64,000 bases of DNA from Takakia lepidozioides (Eukaryota; Plantae; Bryophyta). The notes under the pieces are model-generated. The model had not been told where the DNA came from. It was given only the letters and a program-made list of their open reading frames with translations, and made no database searches. Positions 50,510 through 64,000 of this stretch are shown here, piece by piece (position 1 is the first letter of the stretch; each line of letters begins with the position of its first letter). The position numbers and the translations under genes were made by a program. The stretch is from contig CM060734.1 in assembly GCA_030704615.1 (NCBI GenBank), forward strand, positions 1 through 64,000, read 5' to 3'.

Positions 50510-52147
50510 GGGTCGAGAGGAGCCTGTCTAAGAAATGCACCAATACGCGGGTTGTTTCTGTGCCAAGTAGCCCTGAACACAACACTATCATTGCTACGCA
50601 ACAAAACGGACAATACACATGCAATGATCGTCATCGATCACGTTTCAAGATGGGTGAAGGTGAAACGTGGGCAAGAGAACAATGCCAAGAGGACCTCACA
50701 ATTCCTAGAAGAGCAATGCACATATAGTTATGGACTTCCAAGCTGCACGTTGAAAAACAGAAGCAGCAGGCAAGATGTACTGCAAGATGGTACAAGAAGG
50801 CGATGGACTAGGCCTCGAATGGAGCTCAAGGAGCTGTGCACAATTGAACTCACTGAGCACACGGAAGGTGGCACCGAGGACGGAGGCAGCCAAAAGACAG
50901 AGTGCTCTACAGCTGTAGGGTAAAAACGCGGGGACGTGTGTTTATTTCTCGGACATGGATTCGGTCGGGATACTTGACGGGTGACGAGGGCTGGATGAAT
51001 GGCCAGGAGATGAAGGTGCGAGGAAACAATTCATTCGAACTAAATCAAGGATGAATGCGAACAAAGTAAAAGGGCAAAAATCTGTTCATTGGGTAGATTC
51101 ATGGGGCGTGATGGATGGAGAAGGGATCAGCTGGCAAAATTGGATGAACTGGTAAAGTTCATCCAACTAGTGACAAATTGGTAGTTGGCAGATTATTATA
51201 GCAAAACAACAGCTAAACTAAGGCCTTTGTCGTATGCATGCAGCTTGAAAGGGGGAGTAATACCCGCAAGTTTGCATTAAGACATTAGAGAAGTTCACGT
51301 GCACAACATGATAAATTTATGAAGTGGGCAGCGCACCGTCCGGTGGAAGGGGTGGCTGAAGGGGATTTAGGAGTGAAGGATGGGGGAAGAAGACATTTTT
51401 TGGGCAGGACTGAAAGTAGGAAGAGAGGGAGATGGAGAACACGGAGATGGTGTGAAGATGGTATGGCAGTAAAGTGGAGTGAGATGTTGGTGTTATCCAT
51501 GGTATTCTCGATTGGAAGTGGAAGCACTGTAAATCAGGAGTCTTGCTTTCTTTTCAGCGATGAGTGTTGCTCAAGAATGAGAGTGGTATGTAGTATGAAA
51601 ACGAGTGCATAAAGGAGTCATCTTTGTCGAGAACTTGCAAGAACTTCATACGTCAAGCATCAAGTATTATGCAGTCCAACCTGTTGGGCAGATTGACAGT
51701 GCAGCCATCAGAACTGGGATGTAACGATCAGATCAAGAAGGTGGAACGTGCGGATACACGGATCAGATGAACCATCAAGTGCTGACTTCTTTTGCTTTGG
51801 ATGAAATAGAAGAAAACAAATAAACAACAAAAAGAGTGATTGTGAAAACGTAGAGAGAAGGAAAAGAGAAATAGCTAGGGGACTGGATGTTGTTTTCCTC
51901 TTCCGCTGCAGCAACATTTATTCCTTGAGCACTAGTGAAGTGGGACATGTGACAACAAGAAGTACATGGAGCCCCCTTCTTTTTTGCTCTACAGAAGTAC
52001 GTGCTGATGATGCAGATAACATGACCAGAATTCAGATGAAGACGAAGGATCAGTTTGATTAAGGTAAATTGAAGACTTTTAAGACAGGTGATTTGGTACT
52101 GTGGTTGCAGAAAAAGGGAAAGATTAAAGCTTCTAAGCTTAAATCAC
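50510..52147 (+). mobile_element. Highly decayed gypsy integrase remnants, interrupted by a GGATGAA-repeat insertion and by the LTR at 52148
   Basis: PIRGLF..VALNT..MIVIDHVSRWV (50540-50670) and KTFKTGDLVLW (~52070-52105). Confidence 0.5.
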
Positions 52148-52579
52148 TGTCATGGTTTTAGTCATGGTTATCTAGAATTACCTATTTCTAGTTAACTAGG
52201 ACATTTTAGATATTTATATTTATATTTGGTGTGTTGGGCCTTCATTGGGTCCCTATTGGGTCTCACATGCCAAGTGAGGTGTCGAGCCTCACTTGGGACA
52301 TGGGGATAGGTTTTCCCCTTGTGAGGATGGAGGAGGCTCATCTTCTTGTAGTTGAGCCTCCATGAGCTTCTCTCACCTCCATAGCTCTAGGTATTGAGAG
52401 GGAGTGTGTTGAGGGCTTTGTAGGGTGGATTCCCTTAGCAAGGGTGCCCTTGGCTTGACTTAGTTTATGTGATAGAGTGGATTTCACTTGGAAGGACTAG
52501 GGCTTGTTCTTAGTGTGATTGCTTCATGCTTTGAGAGTTTTCATTGTCTTCCACTTCTCTCATTTCTCATCTCTTATTA
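52148..52579 (+). mobile_element. 3'-truncated LTR of the same family as 44519-45025
   Basis: Reverse complement of ~44604-45025 with few substitutions and an 11-bp internal duplication; starts TGTCATGG. Confidence 0.9.
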
Positions 52580-53887
52580 CTACAAGAAGATCACCTTATG
52601 CTTGTGAGTGTGGAGTGTAAGGATTAGTTTTGCACTTGTATGTTAAAGAGGTTGAGAGCTAGGAGAATTTAGCTCTTGTAGCACAAAGCTTGCAAGGGGT
52701 TGCAAGAAAAGGTGCTCGAGTATTGCATGCACCAAGGAGTTGGAGAGCTTGAGAAGAAAGCTCTTGAGTCACAAGATTTTGCAAGGATTGCAAGGAGGAA
52801 GTCTTGTGTGTGTGGAAGCATGGATTCTAGAGTTTGAGAATCCTTTGTATGCATTATGGAGTCGATGGTGTGCACCATGGCTTGTGGAGAGTGACTAAAG
52901 GCTTGTTAGAGCTCATTTCACTATCAAGCTAGGGTTAAGCAAGTTCAAAGTGTGGATGTTGTGGAAAAGAAGCCAATGAGCTACATAGGCTTGGGCTTGA
53001 AGACAACAAGCGCAAGTACTTGGAGAGCACTAAGAAGCTCAAGAGGTTTTGAAAAGGAGCACGTGAAGAAATCTTCCAATCATGGTGGTGTGGAGCCAAG
53101 CTTAGGGCGCCATTGGAAGAGCTTGGAGAACATATGGTGGGAAATCCTTGAAGGGAAATCATCATTCAATGTATGCATAGCTTCACCCTAACTATGTAAT
53201 GTGACAAGAGGGGGAGGCAATACTTGGTTATTCATGCTCTTGGTAGTGCGAGCTTTGTGGTGGATAGTTGACCAAGCAAGTGGTGCATGTGTGGAGCATG
53301 CTCTCTTGAGTTTGTAAGTTCAAGTTTGAGAATGAGAGCTCTTGAACTAGCAAGAGGTGAAGGCCTTGATATCCATTTGTGTGTGAAGTGGAGAGGTGTT
53401 GATTCATGTTATGATGAAGGAGAGCAACACATAGGCCAAGAGGTCATGGAACATGCATTCAAATGACCAAGGGGAGCACATGGATGATAGATTGGTGCAA
53501 GACCCCAAATGAGGCATATGGCGTGAGAGTCAGATCCAAGGCGGATTGCTTGGGAGCATTATTGTAAGTGACAAGCATTGCTTCTACACATTGAGATAAT
53601 TTGTGTTGATTTGGAGCAATTGTCAAGTGATGAGGAGACAAATGCATGATTGCTCGGCAATGAAGATATGGTAGTTTGCAATCAAATCCCAAGGACTATA
53701 AGGGGGATTGATTTGGTGGACAATGACTTGCAAGTTGAGTTGGACCACTCTTGGTTGCACATTGGAGTGGAAGAGAGCAAGAAGATGCTTCTTATGACCA
53801 CCTAGAGACCATATTTTTGCTTGAGTAGAAGCATAGAAGTCAAGGACTTGCATTCTAGCTCTTCATTACAAACCCTAGTAGTGTATG

Positions 53888-54190
53888 CTCAGACTATACC
53901 TCTGTTAGTATACCAAACAGGAGCTTGTCCATTTTACTATACCTCTATTGAGGTATCACCATATGTGAACCCTAATCAGCTCAGATTATACCTATGTTAG
54001 TATACCAAACAGGAGCTTGTCCATTTTACTATACCTTTGTTGAGGTATCACCATATGTGGACCCTAATCAGCTCAGACTATACCTCTGTTAGTATACCAA
54101 ACAGAACCCTCATTTTCAGACTAGACCTCTTTAAAGGTATCATCAACATAAGGGACCCTAGCAACCTCAGACTATACCTCTGTTAAGGTA
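53888..54190. repeat. Minisatellite, 92-bp unit (~2.5 copies plus fragments)
   Basis: ctcagactatacc recurs at 53888, 53980 and 54072; each unit has an internal ctatacctct sub-repeat. Confidence 0.85.
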
Positions 54191-54989
54191 TCAACATTGA
54201 AAGGACTTAGTGAAATTTAAGGGCCTTTGGAGGATTGTTTGGAAGGTATTTGAGGGCCCTTGGAGGAGTGTTTGGAGGATCTTTGGGGTCCTTGGAGGAG
54301 TATTGGAGGACCCTTCGAGGAGCTTTGGTGGACACTGTTGAAGAGCTCTTGAAGGATTGATTGAGGGATATTTGAAGGATACTTGCCACGGCCATACAAA
54401 CGAGTGGATAGAGACATGATGGAGAGTGGTGGGATGAGAGCATTCTGGGGTTAGGAATTGCTTTAGTTTCTCTTCCCCATAGTCTTTCACCATCTCTGTA
54501 GGCCAAAACCTTTCCGTAGGTGGAGGCAAGAGTCAGTCCGGGTTTGGGCTGGGGTGTCATTGCAGCAGCGACACTGTGGAGTGTTTTTGGTGTGGGGGAG
54601 TTGCTGTCTTATTTTCTTGTGTTTGGATCCCCTCCACACCTGCATGCTTGACTGTGCGCCATTTTAGCTTTTTGTAGGCACTTATTTTCATAGGAGGTTG
54701 GTCCGGATTTGATCACCGGCCAATCCTAGAGTATGCTGTCGGTGGTGAGGCTGGAGTGATGACCAGCAAGACCACCAGTGTTTCTTCTATGGTGAGGCTG
54801 GGTTGATGACCAGCAGACCATATGAGTGCTTGCGGTGGATGCAGGTGCAGGTACAGGTCTACGTTAGAAACCTATTATTCCTGCTTGAACCACTAGCCGC
54901 AACAGGTTCTCTACCCGATTACCTTGTGGAAAGTGGGGATTAGAGACAGGTTCACAACCGGTTGGGTTGTGAGTTTTCATCACGGAGGT

Positions 54990-56000
54990 GCCACCAGTTG
55001 CTGAGGGTGCCGGTATGAGCACCAACGATACTAGTGGGTACACAAGACGAGGTGTGCGGTTTAGGCCACCTTCACCTTCAGTGTCTTCTGAGGAAGGTTC
55101 AGACTCGGAGTCAGGAGGATTCTCGCCGAGGGTGCAAGCCATTTCCGTGCCATTATTGTGGGATACGATGGAGGAAATGTATGGAGCTACTAAGGGGCCA
55201 CGACGGTACTCTGGAGCTGTGGGCATCATCGAGCTTGATGATTTCAAATAGGAGTTTGATAGTTGGTGTGATTTGCAGCAGATGCGTAATCCACAACTGT
55301 TTACGCCTTTTATGGCGTGGAAGAGGCAGCACCTTGAGGGGCCGCCTATGGATGACTATCATGAGTTTAGGCGGGGACATGAGGTGGAGATTGAGGAGTG
55401 GCGACAATATTGGTCACCTGACTATGTCTCCATCACTAGAGGCACAATTGTGGTACATGGGGAAAAGCTTTCAAGCAGTACCTGAGTTCATGGATTTCGG
55501 AGGCCTTTAGCCCGAGCTGACGGAGCTCCGCGGTGGATTGCATCTCCTTGATTATGGGCAGTTCTGTGTCCAGCGCATGTTGTTGGAGGACCTGATAGCC
55601 CATCCACAGCTGCGGCGGGGGTGGGAGTTAGTGCCTTCGAGAATTGGTGGATGTTCGTTTGAGGGGGGGGGGCCCTGGATTTCTTGGGTTCGGAGTGTCA
55701 GCGGCGATACTAGCAGCCACACCAATATCCCCAAATGCAAGCACTAGTAGTGGGACAAGTAAAGATGGAGCTGGGAAATCCACTCAAGCTCCTGCTGCAG
55801 CACCAGCACCCGTGCCTGCCTTTAACCCAGTTGTGGAGTTCTTCGAGGAGTTGAGGATAAACTACCAGGGGATAAGGACGAAGAAATTGCGGAGCTTACA
55901 AGAGTTCCAGCGCAAGCCTACTGAGAGTTTGATGGAGGCTTATACGCGCATGAGGCGATTGATAAATATAACCCAAGGAGTTACAGAAGCTCAAGCAGTA
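54990..56000 (+). mobile_element. Retrotransposon gag remnant (possibly of the DNMT-gypsy family), with an internal insertion at ~55465-55735
   Basis: ELDDFK*EFDSWCDLQQMRN..PMDDYHEF..FNPVVEFFEELRINYQG..LRSLQEFQRKPTESLMEAYTRMRRL, a major-homology-like Q...ES...Y..R pattern. Confidence 0.65.
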
Positions 56001-56435
56001 TCAGAATCCTTCTTCTTCCATGTTGAATTCTGCAAGTTAGCTGGTTGAGTGAACCTTTGATAGTTTGGAGTGACTAATAGGGTGAAATGATGTGCAACAA
56101 TTTGCTGCCATTGGCTGAAGAACACTTATAATTTCTATGCTTATGCCTGTCCACTTGTGTGAAGGCTATGTTGACAAGCTAAAAGGTAACCTAGAAACTG
56201 ATCAGTACTCTGTTTTGCCTATCATGATTTATGCTTCACCATTGTTCATTCTTGGTCTGGGAGGAGAGATTGTAGGCCTTTTATCCTTTTGGTATTTAAA
56301 GTCCACGGATAAAACTACAATGTAGAGGGAGAGCTTTACGAGAATGGGTATGGTATGCACTCCCTTATGGGGTGAGTGCATACCACACTCACTCCGTAAG
56401 GGACTGCCATGCCAGGGGTTTGGATGGTGGGTTCC

Positions 56436-56495
56436 CTCTCTCTCCCTCCCTCTCCCTCCCTCCCTCCCTCCCTCCCTCCCTCCCTCCCTCCCTCC
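56436..56495. repeat. (TCCC)n microsatellite
   Basis: About 12 tandem TCCC units. Confidence 0.9.
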
Positions 56496-57482
56496 AGATA
56501 TCTATTTGGGATTTAAAATATGATTTTCCAGTTTGGAATCTATTGTTATAGGGTGGGAGGGTGGGGTTTTTTTTTTTTTAAAGGCCATTCATCATTGAAA
56601 GAGACCATCAACCCCCTTGCTTTATACCATTTGCAGCAGCTCAGTTGGATCTGAGAGGGCTGCCTGAGAAAGTCTTCATTTCATAAGAAAACAGTCCTAT
56701 GCCATGAGCAGTTTTTTGTGCTCACGCTCTCACTCCCGTGGGTTGTACGTTAGGTGGGTCTGAATTTGGGTCCGGGCTTGGGTATTTGATGATGATGCGG
56801 GTTCTGGATCCACTAGGTGAGTCTGGGTTCATTTTTTACATGAACTAGGGGTACGGGCCAAGGTATTCGATGATGATGCGGGTTCAGGTCCGGGTCCAGG
56901 TGCTGCACCACACTGATCCTGTCATGGGAATGTGAAATGTCCTATAGCAAGTTTTGGTGTGAGCTGGTGATAGGTAAGAGGATGGTACTTTACCAACCTC
57001 ATCAGGTCTGAATGCGGTGGTGTTAAATTAATGATAGGTTGGTGTTAGATCATTCCAGGTGGCACTTACATGACGAACCCTAATGTTAAGAGAGATAACG
57101 CCAAAAATTGTCACACCAGGTGTGAATGGGCAAAACAACAATTGTCCTTCTGAAAAGAGGAAGACAACAACACCCTTAATCTGAGTGTGAAAGTTTTGAA
57201 TACTTTGATTTTGAGATGTTATTTGGATTGTTAATCACAAAAGTAGAACAAGTCACACAAGCCAAGGTGAATGGGGTATTCACAGTGAAAAATTCCTGGT
57301 GAACTTTGGTAGGCACATCATCTGGATTTGGTCATGAATCAAGAAGTGAAAAGCTTCTGGTTACATGGCCAAGGCTAGATGGCACATTCCAGATGCAAAT
57401 AATCAACAACTCCTGCATAATCAAAATATAATAATAAGTTGCACCCACTTAGAATTGTAATCTGAACTAAGCCTGCGAGCTA

Positions 57483-60223
<2,741 letters not shown>

Positions 60224-61435
60224 TGTACTACGTCGGCCACCTTCAGTATCCTTATGCTGCCAATATGGTACTGACAGCTTCTCTCCCTCCCCCAGGATAG
60301 CTTCAAGCACAAGTAAACTCAAGCTCAAGGTGGAACGCTAGAAGTCACAACAAAGAACTGTGGACAAGTATCGAGGACCGTCTGGAACAGTGGGTTAGCG
60401 TGCTCGTACATCGTCTGCCACCTCAGTAAATGGGTGCCCGTATGGAAGAGGCACTCCTACACATCAACTCCACATTGCTATAATCCTCCCTTCTTTTTCT
60501 CTATCTTCACACCGTTGACACCAACAATATCAAGGCGAGGGCAGGCGAACACATGGATGCAAGAGTTCATAGACACCAAGCGGCTGCGCACAGACATCAC
60601 CGCGACATCAACTGCGAATGCGACCACAGGTCCACGGCCGACTGTGCAGTGCTGGCTTCTAAAGAGCCTGCCTAAGACAGCACCTCCCAATCAGTAACTT
60701 TCTTTGAAGAGAGATCACTAGAGAGAGAAGAGATATTCTGATTCATTCACGCAGGTAGGGGTCGCCACAAGTTCTCAGCTGAAGGGAGAGCAGTATGCGG
60801 AGAAGATGCACCGCCCTACACCAAAGATCCCGCAACTGATCCCCGCAAATGGAGAGGAATTTCCGTTCTTCTCCTTCTCGAACAAGACTTCCAGGAGAAG
60901 AAAAGATGGCAGCCCAGCTGGCTATATGGGAGGGTGCAGGGTGTGGAGATTGGAAGACGGCACAGTTGGCCGAGTTGAGGCAGCGTGTGAGGGAAGGCCT
61001 CCAGAAGCAGCGCAGTCATGGCATGGCATGCATGCATGCATTGCCTGCTCTTCTGCCACACAATTATAAACAAATATTGGAAGTATGTTGCCGGCCCATC
61101 ATTTCCCACCCATCAGTGCATGTTTAGGGGGCTCCTCCGTCCGCAATGGAAGAAATACCAAAGAAACCAACCGATGCAACTTTCGTTAAGGATTTTGGGT
61201 GTTTATTACGACATTTAACAGACTAATAATAATCACTAAATTCCCCTGTCCATGTTAGTCTGTGGACGTAATGCACCCTAAGTGCAGATTACGGTTCATA
61301 ATGCGCTGTTTTGCCTTGCTGCTCTAATAATAATGCGATACGTGGCATGTAAACACTCAAAACCCTTCACGTGCTGGAAAGGTTGAGCACCGGCGCCTAA
61401 TGCTGTGTAAGACGCGGGGTATGGAATACCAAATG

Positions 61436-61560
61436 CTCGACAATTTTACTATCATCTAGGACCGTCGACAAATCATCTACGACCCTCAACAAATCATCTA
61501 CAACCATCGACAAATCATCTACAACCATCGACAAATCATCTAGGACCGTCGACAAATCAA
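61436..61560. repeat. 21-bp minisatellite (cgacaaatcatctacaaccat)n, ~6 copies
   Basis: Direct inspection of the tandem units. Confidence 0.85.
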
Positions 61561-62029
61561 CCACTAGTGGCTGTAGATGATTTGTCCAGGGTTGATTTTG
61601 TGGGCAAACAGTATTCGTTGGAATACCAAATGCCCATGTCTTCATCCCACTTGTTCAACGAATATTCTCTAATAGATTCTTAGATCCTTCAAATTTATGC
61701 TTAGATGCTTTCATCTTTGATTTGTCGGGCATTTGGTACATGAAGCATTTGGTACATGAAGAAATACCGTATGACAACGTCCCTCCACAAATCAACTTAG
61801 TTCTTCACACCACTTGTTGACAACATGGGTGTCAACACCGTAGGTGGAGCCATTAAGGCAGGCGACGCCAACAAGGTTACTGGCGCCAGTAAGGGAGGCG
61901 GCGCCAGGTTGTTGGCACAACTTAGTTCAGATTGGCCCAACGTAATTTCTGATAAATACATATATATACATATACATATACATAGAGAGTTTAGGGTTAT
62001 TTGCATAATTCAAATATGATGAGACCTTG

Positions 62030-63700
62030 TCATTAAGAATGTTGGACTATAACGTAATAATTTGATGATATTTAAAGAACAACCAGATCTAATATGTGGA
62101 CGTATAATCTATAGCGTTCTAGTTTATTCGTATTACTTAGAATTTTTATATAATGAGATGTGCAATAAAATATTGTGAATTAAAAATCACAAAGGGGTAG
62201 AGATTGAATTAAAATCTATCCTATAACAGCCTTATTAAATGCATATGAAATATCACAATTCAGTGTTCACTCTTACATGTGTTTTCTATTATTATATTGG
62301 TCATTTATGTGTACACATAAGTAGAATATTCTCATTGTCCTGCAATAAGTTATTTTTAATTAAAAATACAAGGATGTGTGAGACCGGATTATAAAAAAAT
62401 AACAAAATGCAGATAAGATTTCATAATTTAATATTCACTCGTACACGCACTTGCTATTATTATTATATAGATCATTTATGTGTATCCCATGAATTCAAGA
62501 AGATTATGAGTAACCTATGCATAGGATGGATGCATAGGAATTGTGATAAAGAACAATTGGATCTAATAACATGTGTGCACGTATACTCTATAGTTTTCTA
62601 GTTTGTTCGTAATACTTGGAATTTTTGTATTGACAGATATGCAATGAAATATTTTTAACTAAACAAAATTACAAATATGTGACAGATCCAATAAATCTAT
62701 TCTATAACAGCCTTCTTAGATGCATATAAAATATCACAATACCCTGTTCATTCTTATTTTAAAATTTAAAATTTATTTTAAAATACAGATAAGACTTCAT
62801 AATTTAATATTCACTCGTACCTGCACTTGCTATTATTATATAGATCATTTATGTGTATCCATGAATTCAAAGATTATGAGTAACCTATGCATAGGATGGA
62901 TGCATAGGAATTGTGATAAAGAACATTTGGATCTAATAACATGTGTGGACGTATACTCTATAGTTTTCTAGTTTGTTCGTAATACTTGGAATTTTTGTAT
63001 TGACAGATATGCAATGAAATATTTTGTATTAAAAATAATTACAAACATGTGACAGATCGAGTTAAAATCTATCCTATAACAGCCTTTTTAAATGCATATA
63101 AAATATCACAATTCCCTGTTCATTCTTATATGTACCTTTTATTATTATATTGATCATTTATGTGTACAAAATTTTCATTGTCGTGCAATAAGTTGTTTTA
63201 AATAAAAAATCACATGGATTTGGGAGATCAAATTGAAAAAATGAATAACAAATATCATTTTAATATGCAGATTAGATTTTATAATTCAATATTCAATCTA
63301 ACATGCACCTCCTATTATTATATAGATCATTTATGTGTATCGCATGAATTGAGTGACCTATACAACTGAGTGTTATGAGTGACCTATACATAGGCTGCAC
63401 GATTTAGATATGATGTATAGATACACAGTCAATGCATTTCTGTACTTAAATACTTATAAATGTTTGAAATATTGTGTTCATAAAACTTAGAATGTTTTGT
63501 ATTGCTAGACATGCAATGCAATGTTCTCAATAAAAAATCACAAGGATGTGACAAACGAAATATAAAAGATTATATAGCATCATTTATAAATAGGTATAAT
63601 ATTTAACATTTTCATTTTCATTTCTACAATGTACATGACACATGTACCCCCCAATATTATGTAGGTCATTTATAATAAGTATATCATATAACCAAGATGA
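62030..63700. repeat. AT-rich degenerate tandem repeat, ~480-bp unit (one copy shortened to ~370 bp)
   Basis: gatctaata..gtggacgtata at ~62086, 62560 and 62930; aaatctat.ctataacagcc at ~62212, 62693 and 63065; cagataagat..cataatt at 62410, 62786 and 63268. Confidence 0.8.
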
Positions 63701-64000
63701 AGTACTTATACAAACACGCAACATCACAAAATATATATATGTATATATATTGCAAATGACAACATGTCACTTGTAAATATTGTGTGCTTTTTCTTCATGG
63801 AGTTATTGTCTCCTCCACTAGACTACACAAAGCAATGCCCACCCACCTAAATCCCAAAAACAATGTTTATTTGCACATGGAAGTACTAAAACCCAATAGT
63901 AAATGAATGGGCGGGGTCTACCTATATCACATGGCTAGGAATGACATGCAGTTCAATTTAAAAACTCTTCTTCAATTAATGTTACCTTATGGCCCTGTTT

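Noticed and set aside
60224-60328. N-terminal extension of the bZIP ORF
   Set aside because: It starts at a non-ATG codon; the first ATG (60223, MEGLGGGY) is the likelier start.

Overview
Eukaryotic nuclear DNA from a land plant. The spliced host genes and TE families suggest a seed-free lineage (bryophyte or lycophyte); this is an inference. The window is repeat-rich and heterochromatin-like. It opens with a ~404-bp satellite array (1-5947) containing an inverted block. There are two intact-looking spliced host genes, a plant C2H2/RING-like zinc-finger protein (14759-~16690,+) and a group-I bZIP of RF2a/VIP1 type (57483-60223,-), plus an O-fucosyltransferase pseudogene. Nested mobile elements include CRE-clade RLE non-LTR fragments, a CACTA remnant, a near-complete chromodomain Ty3/gypsy, an APE-type LINE with a 2A-like motif and several LTRs. 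The main highlight is a Ty3/gypsy element (44519-50509) whose polyprotein reads protease - DNMT3-like C5 cytosine methyltransferase - RT - RNaseH - integrase - PHD finger, i.e. a retrotransposon carrying both a chromatin writer and a reader. The methyltransferase is split by a ~0.93-kb microhomology-bounded inversion that can be undone in frame. The second highlight is an IS3EU-like DDE transposase remnant lying tail-to-tail with a HECT E3 ubiquitin-ligase gene; that gene and a CRE element are both broken by a ~7.1-kb inversion (6730-13840). All domain calls come from reading motifs by eye; no database search was run.
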